DNA of 64,000 nt from Nitrospirota bacterium (GTDB taxonomy: Bacteria > Nitrospirota > Nitrospiria > Nitrospirales > Nitrospiraceae): contig CAVPBK010000006.1 of the NCBI GenBank assembly GCA_963701855.1, positions 1,408,001 to 1,472,000 on the forward strand, in the 5' to 3' direction. The notes below the pieces were generated by a model that was not told the DNA's origin, did not search any database, and saw nothing but the letters and a program-made list of their open reading frames with translations. This document shows, in pieces, positions 31,706 through 42,660 of the stretch (positions are counted from its first letter, which is position 1; every line of letters begins with the position of its first letter). The position numbers were made by a program, and so were the translations under genes.

Positions 31706-32518
31706 CTAAAGTTTCCCTGTCAGCCAATAGATCACTATGCCTGCTACTTCGGTCACTGCTTCCTTGGTGTGCTGTAGCTGGATATCGCTCGGCAAGACAT
31801 CAAACGGGTCAATGTCATCCAAACTCTCTCGTGGCAGGTTCTGTGAGACATAGTCGCAGGGGGCCGGCGTGACGCGGAAGCCTTGCTTCGTAAATACCGG
31901 GACCGCGCGTGGCAGATGGCTGGCTGAACTCACGAGTAGAATTGACGCGGGTCCGAGCAGCCGTTTGGTTCCTGCCGCGTTTTCGTAGGTGTTGCGGGCT
32001 TCTGTATCGATTTTTGTGGCGGACTCGGGAACACCGAGGCGAACCGCCCATCGTTTCATTTCGACCGCTTCTTGGGGGCCCGTGCCGAAGACTTGACCGT
32101 CTCCTCCCGTCAGCACCAACGTGGGGGCATAGCCTTGCTGGTAGAGATCCACGCCGCAAATGGTTCGATTTCTGGAATAGGAAGATGGCTCGGTGGTTGG
32201 TCGAAGGGAACCTTTCGCATTGATGCCTCCTCCCAATACGACGATGGCGTCGAAGCGATCGGATGGTGTCAGCCGTGGGGGGTGGTACCAGGATTCGAGC
32301 GAACCGATCAGCGGGGTGGCGATCAATGGACTGGATAGCGCCACGAGGAGAAGGAGGGAAAACATAAGGAGTTGGCGCACCCATCGCAGGCGTCTGGGAG
32401 AAAATGGCAAGAGGGCCAAGACCGTCGCTACGCTGAGGAGCAGCACAACCCACGTCAGTGGGTAGAGACCGTACTTGACGAACTTATACAGCCCGAAGAA
32501 GAATGGAGTCAGTTCCAT
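31706..32518 (-). CDS. YdcF/ElyC (DUF218) family protein
   Basis: AIVVLGGG, LTGG, ARNTYENA, LVSSASHLPRA. Confidence 0.9.
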   Translation of the reverse strand: MELTPFFFGLYKFVKYGLYPLTWVVLLLSVATVLALLPFSPRRLRWVRQLLMFSLLLLVALSSPLIATPLIGSLESWYHPPRLTPSDRFDAIVVLGGGINAKGSLRPTTEPSSYSRNRTICGVDLYQQGYAPTLVLTGGDGQVFGTGPQEAVEMKRWAVRLGVPESATKIDTEARNTYENAAGTKRLLGPASILLVSSASHLPRAVPVFTKQGFRVTPAPCDYVSQNLPRESLDDIDPFDVLPSDIQLQHTKEAVTEVAGIVIYWLTGKL

Positions 32519-32600
32519 CAGCAGGTCTCAATCGAACAAGGGGCATCGTCGACAGCATACATGGAGTAAGGCAAATGACCAAGCAGGAAGAGGTGATGTG

Positions 32601-33083
32601 ATGGCACAAGGGCGCCGCTATTGGCTAATGAAATCCGAACCACGTGTATTTTCGATCGAGGATCTTGCGCAAGCCCCCAAGCAGACGACTTGTTGGGATG
32701 GAGTGCGGAATTATCAGGCGCGCAACTTCATGCGTACGATGGCCGCCGGCGACCAGGTACTTTTTTATCATAGCAATGCCGAGCCGCCGGCCGTGGTGGG
32801 GATTGCGGAAGTCGTGCGGACCGCCTATCCCGATGAGACGCAGTTCGACAAGACCAACCACCACTATGACCCAGCCAGTGTTTCCTCTGCTCCACGATGG
32901 GATATGGTGAACATTCGGTATCGTCAGACATTCAAGACCGGTCTTTCGCTCGATCGATTAAGGCAGGAACCTAAACTGCAGGGTATGGTCTTGTTGCGAA
33001 AAGGCTCTCGTCTCTCGGTCCAACCAGTCACAGAAGCCGAATGGGCTGTGGTGCTGAAGTTAGCCGGAACCAAAGTCAGCTAG
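32601..33083 (+). CDS. EVE domain protein
   Basis: YWLMKSEP, WDGVRNYQARN, FYHS, RLSVQPV. Confidence 0.93.
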   Translation: MAQGRRYWLMKSEPRVFSIEDLAQAPKQTTCWDGVRNYQARNFMRTMAAGDQVLFYHSNAEPPAVVGIAEVVRTAYPDETQFDKTNHHYDPASVSSAPRWDMVNIRYRQTFKTGLSLDRLRQEPKLQGMVLLRKGSRLSVQPVTEAEWAVVLKLAGTKVS

Positions 33084-33138
33084 TGGAACAAATATTGGGT
33101 ATTCAAGTCGTGTACAAAGAGAGGATTTTTGCAGGCTG

Positions 33139-33387
33139 CTAGGTTTTGGCTTTGCCGTTATCAAGATGCCGATGCTGCCAGTCGAGCCAGGCATGGCCAA
33201 GTTCGTGGGCAAGAATGTAGCGCCGTCTGGTCACGGGCAAGCGCTTGCGCAGATAAATGGTCTTCGTGGCATCGTCCCAGATACCGTCGGCATTCGGGTC
33301 CCGACGATCCATGTCAGTATCGGAAAGTTGGCGTACGGAGATCCGATAGCCGAACGGAAACACAACTCGAGAGGGCATTCGCAACAT
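33139..33387 (-). CDS. Small ImmA/IrrE-like zinc metallopeptidase domain protein
   Basis: DGIW...TIYL...RRRYILAHELGHA; AGGAG upstream of the TTG start. Confidence 0.75.
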   Translation of the reverse strand: MLRMPSRVVFPFGYRISVRQLSDTDMDRRDPNADGIWDDATKTIYLRKRLPVTRRRYILAHELGHAWLDWQHRHLDNGKAKT

Positions 33388-33706
33388 ATCCGCTGCTCCT
33401 GACAGTGTGTCAGCGTATCACAAAGTCTTCTCTCGCTTCACGACTAAGACATCATTAATAATCAGTGACTTATACTATTACTCCATTCGAAAGTCCTGCA
33501 CCTCACCGGTCTTCCTTTGTCAGAAGGTCTAGACTGTTTTCGCTGAGGCCTGGCCGTAATCCCTCTTGCCGAGGCTGACGGTTCATACTACAAGAAAGGT
33601 TTTTCCTGCTTTCAACGCGTGCCACACCAGTTAGCGCTGCTGAAAGTGAGATGTTCTTCATTGGTGACCTAGAGCAGGAGTATACTGATCTCACATGAGG
33701 TCTACT

Positions 33707-34795
33707 ATGCATCGTGTACTTGTCCTGGGTGCTGGAAAGATCGGATCCCTGGTTGCCTGTCTCTTGTCAGAAAGTGGCGACTATGAGGTTTGTTTCGGTG
33801 ACATCAGCCTCGACGCCCCCAAGAGGTTCGTCGAGGATCTTGGCCTCTCGCGAGTGACGCCCCTGCACCTCGACGCCCGACACCCCGACTCCATCAGCGC
33901 ATACCTGACGGCACATCAATTCGATGCAGTCCTGTCGAGCCTTCCGTATTTCTGCAACCCAGTTGTAGCCGGATTGGCCCGAGAACACCGGCTTCACTAT
34001 TTCGACCTGACGGAAGACATCGAGGTGACCAATCAGGTTAAAGTATTGAGTATCGACTCGCCGCAAGCCTTTGTGCCGCAATGCGGTCTTGCCCCTGGAT
34101 TCATCAGCATTGCGGCGCACGACTTGATCACCCACTTCGATACGGTGGACACGGTGAAAATGAGGGTCGGAGCCTTGCCGGTCCATCCCAGTAATGCCCT
34201 CAAGTATTCGCTCACGTGGTCCACCGATGGGCTGATCAATGAGTACGGCAACATCTGTTACGGAATTGAGGAGGGGGAGAAGGTGCCGCTTCTTCCCCTT
34301 GAAGGGTATGAGACGATCGAGGTGGATGGACTCCTGTACGAAGCGTTCAACACCTCAGGAGGATTGGGAACATTGGCGGACACCTATGCAGCGAAAGTCA
34401 GGACCATGAACTATAAGACGCTGCGGTATCCGGGCCATTGCGAGAAAATCCACCTCTTGATGAAAGATCTCAAGCTGAACGAGGACCGTGAGACGCTCAA
34501 ACGAATCCTTGAACGAGCGGTTCCCCAGACACTGCAGGATGTCGTGCTGATCTATGCCTCTGTCATGGGGATGAAGGAAGGCGCCTTGTTCGAGGAAAAC
34601 TATGTGAAGAAGATCTATCCCCAATGCATTAAAGGAAAACTGTGGTCTGCCATTCAAGTGACGACCGCCTCGAGCTTGTGTGCCGTAGCCGACCTAGTGC
34701 TTGCGGCGCCTACACAGTACAGGGGATTCGTGACCCAGGAATCGTTTCCGTTGCAAGACGTGCTCAAGAATCGGTTCGGAGCCTGTTACAAATGA
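33707..34795 (+). CDS. Saccharopine dehydrogenase-like protein / lysine 6-dehydrogenase
   Basis: VLGAGKIG Rossmann motif, [33 protein letters not shown]. Confidence 0.88.
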   Translation: MHRVLVLGAGKIGSLVACLLSESGDYEVCFGDISLDAPKRFVEDLGLSRVTPLHLDARHPDSISAYLTAHQFDAVLSSLPYFCNPVVAGLAREHRLHYFDLTEDIEVTNQVKVLSIDSPQAFVPQCGLAPGFISIAAHDLITHFDTVDTVKMRVGALPVHPSNALKYSLTWSTDGLINEYGNICYGIEEGEKVPLLPLEGYETIEVDGLLYEAFNTSGGLGTLADTYAAKVRTMNYKTLRYPGHCEKIHLLMKDLKLNEDRETLKRILERAVPQTLQDVVLIYASVMGMKEGALFEENYVKKIYPQCIKGKLWSAIQVTTASSLCAVADLVLAAPTQYRGFVTQESFPLQDVLKNRFGACYK

Positions 34796-36321
34796 TGTCT
34801 ACCGCGGAAATCCTCAAGGGATTGGGCTTGAGTGCCGTCAACGCCGGCGGCAGCACTGGAATCCATTGGTGGACTTCCGGCGAGAACACACCGCTGCTGG
34901 AGTCCGTGAATCCTGCAACAGGCGGGACGATCGCGAAAATTCGCACCTGCTCAGCCGACGACTATGAGCACATCGCGAAGGAGTCTAGAGAGGCATTTCA
35001 GCAATGGCGGCTTGTCCCGGCTCCCAAGCGGGGGGAGTTCGTCCGGTTGCTCGGCACATCGTTGCGGGAGCACAAGGATCTGCTCGGTTCGCTGGTGTCT
35101 CTCGAAGTCGGCAAAGTCAAAGCGGAGGGAGACGGCGAAGTTCAGGAAATGATCGATATGGCGGACTTTGCCGTGGGCCAGTCGCGCATGCTGTATGGAA
35201 CGACGATGCATTCCGAGCGCTCGCAGCATCGGATGTCGGAGCAATGGCATCCGCTCGGACCGGTCGGTGTGATTACCGCCTTCAATTTCCCTGTCGCGGT
35301 CTGGGCCTGGAACGCGTTCCTGGCTGCGATTGCCGGAGATACGGTGGTGTGGAAGCCTTCACCGAAAGCGCCGCTCTGCGCGATTGCGGTGCAGCATCTC
35401 TGCAACCGCGTGATGGAGCAACAGGGCTATCGAGGGATTTTCTCACTGATGGTGACAGCTGAGAAGACCATTGCAGAGACGTTGGTCCAGGATTGCCGAT
35501 TGCCGTTGATTTCGTTCACGGGGTCCGTACCGGTGGGTCGAGCGGTGGCCGCGACTGTCGCGCAACGGCTGGGGCGGACGCTGTTGGAATTGAGCGGGAA
35601 CAACGCGATCATTGTGGATCAGACGGCGGACATTTCTTTGGCGATTCGCGCCATCGTGTTCGGAGCGGTCGGCACCGCCGGCCAACGTTGCACGACAACC
35701 AGACGGCTGTTTGTACATGAGTCTCGTTATGATGAAGTGGTTGCGAAGCTGGTCTTGGCATACAGGCAGATCCACATCGGCAATCCATTAGAGCCAGGCG
35801 TGCTCTTGGGTCCGCTGATCGATCGCGCCGCGGTGGAGGCCTATCGGAAGGCGATCGAAGAAGTAAAGCAGGCGGGAGGAAAAGTGCTTTATGGGGGGCA
35901 GGTATTGAGTCAGCCGGGCTATTTTGTGGAACCGGCCATCGTGAAAGCGGAGAACCATTGGTCCATCGTTCAGCGCGAGACCTTTGCACCGATTCTCTAT
36001 GTAATGCCTTTCAAGATACTTGACGATGCGATTGCGTTGCAGAATGCGGTACCTCAAGGCCTGTCTTCTGCGATTTTCACGTCCGATGTGCAGAGCAGCG
36101 AACGGTTCACATCCACTGCCGGCAGCGATTGCGGGATTGCCAATGTGAACATCGGGACATCAGGGGCGGAAATTGGTGGCGCCTTTGGAGGTGAAAAGGA
36201 AACCGGTGGAGGACGCGAAGCCGGCTCAGATGCCTGGAAAGCCTATATGCGGCGGCAGACGAACACGGTCAACTGGGGTCACGATTTGCCGCTGGCCCAG
36301 GGGATTCAGTTCGGCTCATAA
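34792..36321 (+). CDS. ALDH7-family aminoadipate-semialdehyde (piperideine-6-carboxylate) dehydrogenase
   Basis: [74 protein letters not shown]. Confidence 0.92.
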   Translation: MMSTAEILKGLGLSAVNAGGSTGIHWWTSGENTPLLESVNPATGGTIAKIRTCSADDYEHIAKESREAFQQWRLVPAPKRGEFVRLLGTSLREHKDLLGSLVSLEVGKVKAEGDGEVQEMIDMADFAVGQSRMLYGTTMHSERSQHRMSEQWHPLGPVGVITAFNFPVAVWAWNAFLAAIAGDTVVWKPSPKAPLCAIAVQHLCNRVMEQQGYRGIFSLMVTAEKTIAETLVQDCRLPLISFTGSVPVGRAVAATVAQRLGRTLLELSGNNAIIVDQTADISLAIRAIVFGAVGTAGQRCTTTRRLFVHESRYDEVVAKLVLAYRQIHIGNPLEPGVLLGPLIDRAAVEAYRKAIEEVKQAGGKVLYGGQVLSQPGYFVEPAIVKAENHWSIVQRETFAPILYVMPFKILDDAIALQNAVPQGLSSAIFTSDVQSSERFTSTAGSDCGIANVNIGTSGAEIGGAFGGEKETGGGREAGSDAWKAYMRRQTNTVNWGHDLPLAQGIQFGS

Positions 36322-36353
36322 TGTCTATGTCTAAGCAACAAGGAGCGTAGACC

Positions 36354-36950
36354 ATGGAACCAGGTGTTGAGTTGGATGCACTGATCGCCAGGATGATTGA
36401 GGCCTATCTGTCTCGAAATCGGGCAGCCAAGGTGCTGCAGGATTCGTTGGACAAGGCGGGAGTCGGCTTCTACCCGGTTGCAGATCATCTCACGCTACGG
36501 ACGCTGAATATCGACCGGCGTGCCGAGGAATTTACGAGGCTTGGGTATGGGTATAGCGAAACGATCGAGTATGAAGACTGGTATGCGAAAGTCTATCGGA
36601 AGGTTGGGTACCCAGCGCTCTTTGTGGATCAAGCCTATCCCGATGACCGGGGCCGCACCAGCATCATCCCCGGATGGGTTAATCAATTTGGCGATCAGGT
36701 GTTCCATCATGTCGCGGTGCGTGTGGAAGACATCGAGCAGGCGATTGAACGGTTGAAGGCACAAGGGGTGGTCTTTACCGGTCAGATTGTCGGCGCGCGC
36801 GGTGGCCAGCTACGGCAAATTTTTACGGCGCCTGAAATGATGGACGGTCAGCCATTTTCCGTGTTGGAACTCGCCGAGCGCCACAGAGGATACCAGGGGT
36901 TCTCGCCTCCACAGGCAGACAGTTTGATGAAATCCACCGTAATCCGGTAG
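36354..36950 (+). CDS. VOC-fold protein, DUF1338/HglS-like (candidate 2-oxoadipate dioxygenase/decarboxylase)
   Basis: DHLTLRT, HHVAVRV, LRQIFT and LELAERH..GF....ADSLMKST resemble DUF1338 motifs as I recall them; last gene of a lysine operon. Confidence 0.6.
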   Translation: MEPGVELDALIARMIEAYLSRNRAAKVLQDSLDKAGVGFYPVADHLTLRTLNIDRRAEEFTRLGYGYSETIEYEDWYAKVYRKVGYPALFVDQAYPDDRGRTSIIPGWVNQFGDQVFHHVAVRVEDIEQAIERLKAQGVVFTGQIVGARGGQLRQIFTAPEMMDGQPFSVLELAERHRGYQGFSPPQADSLMKSTVIR

Positions 36951-36992
36951 CGCTCTGCCCCGCCCCGCCTTTTCCGCTCGTCGCGCATTTCC

Positions 36993-38489
36993 TTATCCCC
37001 AAGCTTTCTCGCCTCGCTTTACGAGTCCGCGCAAGAGTCGCTGCATCTTTCTTTTAGCCTTCTCACGACGCTGGCGTTGGCGTTCGACCATGCGTCCGGC
37101 GACAAATGCAGCCCGCGTGCTGGTCGATTGCTTGAGGAACGTTCGGATATACGCTTCAGCCTGAATGGCGTCTTGGTGCACGCCTAAGATGTCCTGTACA
37201 ACGCGGGCTTTGTTGATGAAGCGTGTGGCTTGCTTGCCGACCATCGATTCCGCGAGTTCGGCGGCATAGCGGGCTCGTTTGGTTTTGATCCTGGTATCGT
37301 GGATAGTGGCATTGTTGGGTGTGTGACCAGCCTGGCGGATCGCGTTTCGCAACTTTGTGAATTCCTGCTTGGCAATGTCATGCAATGTCACGGTCGATTC
37401 GACGGCGGTTGGATCGTGCGGCGCTTGCTGGAGCCGCCTGATGAGGTCGAGATACCGTGCGCTCTTCAGCTCGTTCAGCAGGACTTCCTGGATATTATTC
37501 CGCTGGGTTTCCAGATGGGCGATGAAAGGGGACAAAGGCCGGCGGTCTCGCGCATCCAGCGCGGCAGATTCCTCACAGAAATAGGCGAGCTGCACGTCGA
37601 GGTCGCGAGCCGGTCCAAGCAGTCGTCCGAGCCAGCGCAACTCATCCCGAAGCGAGTCTGCCCATTCAGGCATCAGCAGAGGCCTGGCAGCGCGCAGGAC
37701 GGCGCGCAATTGTCTCGTGGCCACGCGCATTTGATGCAGGCTCTCCGGTTCCCTTCCGAGCCTGGTGCCGGGATCATGCGCAAGCAGCCACCGGGCATGA
37801 CGTGCGAGAGCCCACCTCACATGAGCCAAGGCAGGTGCATCCGATGCCGGAAGCGGCTCAGGGCTGGGAGTCGCTAAAGAAAGTGCGCGAAAGAGCTTGG
37901 GGCGTCCGTCATGATCTTCGGCTCCGGCTCGACGGAGCTGCCGTTCGAGGTCCGGCAATGTGCTGTCCTTCCCATTCACCTGTTCGATTTCGAGTTCTCG
38001 AAAACGCTGAGAGACCGCTCCGTCTTTCACGACCGACACGTGGTCGAGCGTGACATCTGCGACAGGGGCATGGTCCGTGCCTACGCGGACTCCCGCCCGC
38101 CAGACTCGCAAGATTGCCACAGGCATAAGTGGCCGTTGTCCGATATGAAGAAAAAGCAGATCGCGGAAGATTGTTGGGGGAGTAGACTGGCGATCGACCA
38201 GCTCAACTTCCTGCCGGCCCTTCATGAGAGGGAGTTTCAGTTGCCAGGCCTGTTTCCCGCGCTCAACTCGATGGCGAAAGGTGATCCCAGCATGGGCCAA
38301 GTCATACTGGGAGGTGTCATGGTAGGTCGAAGTTAGCAGGCGTCGTGGAAGCGGGGTGCCGGGAAGATGGGGCAGACGGAAGTGGTCACTGACCGCCAGT
38401 TTGATCTCACGCTCCACCGTTGATCGTACAGATGAATTGATAGCAACGGGATCTGGCGGTTTCGAGGGAGGTTTATTGGCACGAGCCAT
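36993..38489 (-). CDS. CYTH and CHAD domain protein
   Basis: EREIKL, QLKLP, ELEIE (CYTH); LHQMRVATRQLR, ARDLDV, RARYAAE, QDILG (CHAD). Confidence 0.92.
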   Translation of the reverse strand: MARANKPPSKPPDPVAINSSVRSTVEREIKLAVSDHFRLPHLPGTPLPRRLLTSTYHDTSQYDLAHAGITFRHRVERGKQAWQLKLPLMKGRQEVELVDRQSTPPTIFRDLLFLHIGQRPLMPVAILRVWRAGVRVGTDHAPVADVTLDHVSVVKDGAVSQRFRELEIEQVNGKDSTLPDLERQLRRAGAEDHDGRPKLFRALSLATPSPEPLPASDAPALAHVRWALARHARWLLAHDPGTRLGREPESLHQMRVATRQLRAVLRAARPLLMPEWADSLRDELRWLGRLLGPARDLDVQLAYFCEESAALDARDRRPLSPFIAHLETQRNNIQEVLLNELKSARYLDLIRRLQQAPHDPTAVESTVTLHDIAKQEFTKLRNAIRQAGHTPNNATIHDTRIKTKRARYAAELAESMVGKQATRFINKARVVQDILGVHQDAIQAEAYIRTFLKQSTSTRAAFVAGRMVERQRQRREKAKRKMQRLLRGLVKRGEKAWG

Positions 38490-38748
38490 CGCAGTCTCCT
38501 TAGCGGGACCGCGTAATGTCGCAGATGGAAGAGGAGGGAAGCAATCCCTAGTCCGTGTTCCTCGCGCGCAACTCGCTCATCATGCGCCACGTTAACAAAG
38601 GCCTCAGTGTCATTCAGGCCAAATCAGATCCCATTGCGCCATTTTCAGGATTAATCCTTGAATAGACGAGAGACGGTCGTCGCATTATGGGTGCATACTG
38701 TCCTATAGGCACACAAGTGAACACCCTTCCATCCCGCAGGAGTATGGG

Positions 38749-38778
38749 TTGACAGTGGGATACATCCAACGGTACAAA
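38749..38778 (+). promoter_or_regulatory. Candidate sigma70 promoter for tRNA-Leu/tig
   Basis: TTGACA-18 bp-TACAAA. Confidence 0.45.
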
Positions 38779-38849
38779 ATACCCACAGGAACCTGTCTTT
38801 TTGTTTGCTTGCTCATCATGCCGGGGTCGGCTCCTGCATACTCCACCCT

Positions 38850-38932
38850 GCGAGAGTGGCGGAACTGGCAGACGCGCGAGACTTAGGATCTCGTGGGTAA
38901 CCGTGGGGGTTCAAGTCCCCCCTCTCGCACCA
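38850..38932 (+). tRNA. tRNA-Leu (anticodon TAG)
   Basis: GCGAGAG/CTCTCGC acceptor stem + ACCA; anticodon arm CGAGA-CTTAGGA-TCTCG; long variable arm; GGTTCAAGTCC T-loop. Confidence 0.97.
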
Positions 38933-39009
38933 GATTACGGCCGGACGGTCGGCGATGGCGCGGTAGTCAGCACAAGGCTTCTTACAAGGAACAAGGGTGC
39001 GCACCAGCT

Positions 39010-40320
39010 ATGAAAATGGAAGTGACTGAACTAGGACCAATGAAACGCGCCCTCAAGATTGAGGTGCCGGCCGATGAAGTCACGCAACGGTTTGCCCGCG
39101 CTTATGGTGAACTGAACCGCCAAGCCAACATCCCAGGATTTCGCCCTGGCAAGGTACCCTTGGCCTTACTGGAAAAACGCTATGCCAAAACCGTGGAAGA
39201 GGACGTGATTCGAAGCCTCGTGCCGGACTTTTACGACAAGGCTGTCCGCCAAGCGGGGATTGTGCCGGTCCATGTCGAGATTCCTCCGCTGGACCGTGTG
39301 AAGATTAAGAAGAACGAACCTTTTACGTTTACCGCGACCGTCGAGATCAGGCCGAATATCGAGTTGCGGGACTATAAGGCGCCGAGTCCGATCTCGCTCA
39401 AGCCCGACAAGCGCACTGTCACAGACGAACAGCTTGACCGAGGCCTTGAGGTCTTGCGCGAACAACAGGCCCGTCTGGAAGCCACAGCTCCTGGCCACAC
39501 TATCGTGGACAGGGACTATATCGTGCTGGATGTGCAAGGTGCGCTCGATGGAGCACCGCTGGAAGGGACGAAGAAAGAAGGTCAGCTCCACAAGGTTGGA
39601 TCACACGCGTCCGTTTTGGGATTGGAAATTGATCCGCATGTCGGGGGGAAGAAAGAGGGCGATGTGCTCGAAATCTCCCAGCCGTACCCAGCAGGCCATC
39701 CCGATCCCCGCGTTGCCGGTAAGACAGTCGTGTTTACGCTGACGATCAAATCCGTCAAGGAAAAGAAACTGCCGGCCCTGGACGATGAATTTGCCAAAGA
39801 TTGTGGTCCTTACAACTCGCTCCAGGAAATCAAAGATAAACTGCGAGAGGGGATGGAGCAGGGGCTGAAGCGAGAGATCGAAGATACCTATAAGGATACG
39901 ATCGTTAAGCGGCTCATAGACACCCACCACTTCGATCTCCCGGAAACCCTAGTAGAGCGTGAGCTGGAGGCCATCATCCGCCAGCACGTGCAGCAGCAAC
40001 AGCGGAAGGGTGGCGCCCAGGAGTCGCCCGGCACGGAGGATCTCACAAGCCTTCGCCAAGAACATCGGGACGAAGCGGCGCGCCGTGTGAAGGTCAGCCT
40101 CGTATTAGAAACGATCGCCGAGAAAGAAGGGCTGACGGTCACGCAGGACGATTTCAACGCCGAAATTATGAGGCTGGCGTCGGAGCTCAAAATGCCGGCT
40201 GCAGATCTCGTCAAGATGATCAAGGCCGGAGGACAAGAGTCCATTGATGATTTACGTACCAGGATTTTGGTGGATAAAGCCCTGGATTTTGTATACCGCA
40301 ATGCGGTGATTCAGGGATAG
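39010..40320 (+). CDS. tig: Trigger factor
   Basis: IPGFRPGKVP ribosome-binding motif, LDDEFAKD; tRNA-Leu-tig-clpP-clpX order. Confidence 0.95.
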   Translation: MKMEVTELGPMKRALKIEVPADEVTQRFARAYGELNRQANIPGFRPGKVPLALLEKRYAKTVEEDVIRSLVPDFYDKAVRQAGIVPVHVEIPPLDRVKIKKNEPFTFTATVEIRPNIELRDYKAPSPISLKPDKRTVTDEQLDRGLEVLREQQARLEATAPGHTIVDRDYIVLDVQGALDGAPLEGTKKEGQLHKVGSHASVLGLEIDPHVGGKKEGDVLEISQPYPAGHPDPRVAGKTVVFTLTIKSVKEKKLPALDDEFAKDCGPYNSLQEIKDKLREGMEQGLKREIEDTYKDTIVKRLIDTHHFDLPETLVERELEAIIRQHVQQQQRKGGAQESPGTEDLTSLRQEHRDEAARRVKVSLVLETIAEKEGLTVTQDDFNAEIMRLASELKMPAADLVKMIKAGGQESIDDLRTRILVDKALDFVYRNAVIQG

Positions 40321-40343
40321 TGTCGAGCGGTTCTGGCTGGTCT

Positions 40344-40514
40344 GAATTTCATTGGTCAGCGAGTTGGAATATAGGAGCACACCACGCGGGATGCTCAAAA
40401 AGTTTGTCCAGCAAGGCCGCAGCGAATGAAGACCGGAGGCGTACCCTCGGAAGTACGTTGAGGATCTGAACGACGCGAGAACGATGCTGGCGAGCTTTTT
40501 CAGCATCCCGCTAA
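40344..40514 (+). mobile_element. MITE-like element with palindromic cargo
   Basis: CGGGATGCTCAAAAAG...GTCCAGCAAGGCCGCAGCGA...CTTTTTCAGCATCCCG-CTAA; degenerate outer arm GAATTTCATTGGTC. Confidence 0.85.
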
Positions 40515-40533
40515 TCGGAAAGGAACGATCTGC

Positions 40534-41169
40534 ATGCTAGTTCCCATTGTTATCGAAACGACTAACCGAGGCGAACGCGCCTACGACATTTACTCTCGGC
40601 TCCTGAAAGACAGGATCATCTTCCTCGGCGCGCCGATCGACGACATCTTTGCCAACCTGATTATTGCCCAGCTCTTGTTTCTCGAAGCAGAAGACCCTGA
40701 AAAAGATATCAATCTCTACGTCAACTCCCCCGGGGGAAGCGTCACGGCGGGATTGGGCATTTACGACACCATGCAGTATGTGAAACCTCCGATTAACACC
40801 ATCTGCCTAGGCCAGGCCGCCAGCATGGGGGCTTTTTTGCTCACCGCAGGAACCAAAGGGAAGCGATTCGCCTTGCCGAATGCGAGGGTCATGATTCACC
40901 AACCTATGGGCGGGTTTCAGGGGCAAGCCACTGAAATCGACATTCATGCCAGAGAGATTTTGAAAATCCGTGAACGACTCAATGAAATCATGGCCAAACA
41001 TACCGGCCAGCCTCTGGAGAAGATATCCCTGGATACCGAACGGGATTACTTCATGTCGGCAGAAGAAGCCAAGCGGTACGGTCTCATCGACGAAGTCATT
41101 ACACGGCCACCGAAACTCCTCAAGGCTGTCAGTGGTGACGCAGGAAAAGACGCGGCTAAGGATAAGTAA
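40534..41169 (+). CDS. clpP: ATP-dependent Clp protease proteolytic subunit
   Basis: [29 protein letters not shown]. Confidence 0.98.
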   Translation: MLVPIVIETTNRGERAYDIYSRLLKDRIIFLGAPIDDIFANLIIAQLLFLEAEDPEKDINLYVNSPGGSVTAGLGIYDTMQYVKPPINTICLGQAASMGAFLLTAGTKGKRFALPNARVMIHQPMGGFQGQATEIDIHAREILKIRERLNEIMAKHTGQPLEKISLDTERDYFMSAEEAKRYGLIDEVITRPPKLLKAVSGDAGKDAAKDK

Positions 41170-41182
41170 CAAGGGAGGACGC

Positions 41183-42439
41183 ATGGCGAAGCCAGATAAG
41201 ATGGATCGACATCTCCGCTGCTCGTTCTGTGGAAAGAGCCGCGACGAAGTCCGCAAATTGATTGCGGGGCCCACCGTCTACATCTGCGATGAATGTGTCA
41301 ACCTCTGTAACGACATCATTGCCGAGGATTGGGAAGAAGCCAAAGAAGAAATTTCGTCGAAACTCAAAAAGCCGGTGGAAATTAAACACCACCTGGATCA
41401 ATACGTCGTGGGACAGGAACGGGCCAAGAAAATTCTCGCGGTGGCCGTGCATAACCACTACAAACGAATCTCGTCCAAGGATAAAGATGTTGACGATGTG
41501 CAACTCCAGAAGGGCAACATCCTCATGCTGGGGCCCACAGGCACGGGGAAAACGCTGTTGGCCCAGACCCTCGCGAAGTACTTGGATGTCCCTTTCACGC
41601 TGGCTGATGCGACCACGCTCACCGAGGCAGGGTACGTCGGAGAAGATGTGGAAAACATCATTCTCAAGCTTCTGCAAGCTGCGGACTACGATGTGGAACG
41701 GGCCGAGCGGGGCATAGTCTACATCGATGAAATCGACAAGATTAGCCGCAAGAGCGACAGTCCGTCCATCACCCGCGACGTTTCTGGCGAAGGGGTACAA
41801 CAGGCGCTGCTCAAGCTCATTGAGGGGACTGTCGCCAACGTGCCGCCGCAAGGCGGACGCAAGCATCCGCATCAAGAGTTTATTCAAATCAATACGAGCA
41901 ACATTTTGTTCATCTGCGGCGGAGCGTTCGTCGGGCTCGAGCAAATTATCGAGCAACGCTTGAATCGGAAGGCGATGGGATTCGGAGCCGAAGTTCGCGG
42001 ACGGAGCGAAATACGACTGGGCGAACTGTTCGCGAAAGTTCAGCCGGAAGACTTCCTCAAGTACGGATTGATTCCGGAGTTTGTCGGTCGGCTGCCGGTT
42101 GTCGCTACCTTAGATGAGCTGGATGAACGCGCTCTCATTCGAATCTTGACCGAGCCGAGAAACGCGCTCACGAAACAGTATGAGAAATTGCTTTCTTTTG
42201 AGAAGGTGAAGCTCAAGTTCACGGAGGGCGCGCTCGGGGCGATCGCACGGAAAGCGTTTCACCAGAAAACCGGCGCGCGAGGATTGCGTGCCATCCTCGA
42301 AGATGTGATGCTGGACGTGATGTACGATGCCCCTTCTCAGAAGCAGATTAAGGAAGTCCTCATCACTGAGGATGCCATCCTCGGCAAGCACGATCCCATC
42401 CGGATCTTCGAGCAAGACAAGGAGGTAAAGACAGCTTAA
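41183..42439 (+). CDS. clpX: ATP-dependent Clp protease ATP-binding subunit
   Basis: CSFCGK...ICDEC Zn finger, [23 protein letters not shown] loop. Confidence 0.98.
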   Translation: MAKPDKMDRHLRCSFCGKSRDEVRKLIAGPTVYICDECVNLCNDIIAEDWEEAKEEISSKLKKPVEIKHHLDQYVVGQERAKKILAVAVHNHYKRISSKDKDVDDVQLQKGNILMLGPTGTGKTLLAQTLAKYLDVPFTLADATTLTEAGYVGEDVENIILKLLQAADYDVERAERGIVYIDEIDKISRKSDSPSITRDVSGEGVQQALLKLIEGTVANVPPQGGRKHPHQEFIQINTSNILFICGGAFVGLEQIIEQRLNRKAMGFGAEVRGRSEIRLGELFAKVQPEDFLKYGLIPEFVGRLPVVATLDELDERALIRILTEPRNALTKQYEKLLSFEKVKLKFTEGALGAIARKAFHQKTGARGLRAILEDVMLDVMYDAPSQKQIKEVLITEDAILGKHDPIRIFEQDKEVKTA

Positions 42440-42660
42440 GTCGTTATAGGTATAGAGATTTTTATCATCCAGTGGGGTCTACCAAGGAGCCTCCAAGCCA
42501 GGATCATCTTGGCCGGAGGCTTCTTCACGTCTTTTCTTCTCGAATACTCTCCACCCCTTCTTTCTTCTATGCCTGTAGCGATGGTTACGACTCTACGCTT
42601 TTCCTCGACAAGATGAAACGCTGCGCTATACTTGCGTTACAGATTGAACGTGGAGGACGT

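Noticed and set aside
32601..33387. EVE plus IrrE-like peptidase as an anti-phage system
   Set aside because: Genes are convergent, not co-transcribed; the EVE protein is the common stand-alone type and no effector is adjacent
38850..39010. tRNA-Leu as an island integration site
   Set aside because: Followed directly by tig-clpP-clpX; no integrase and no duplicated tRNA 3' end seen
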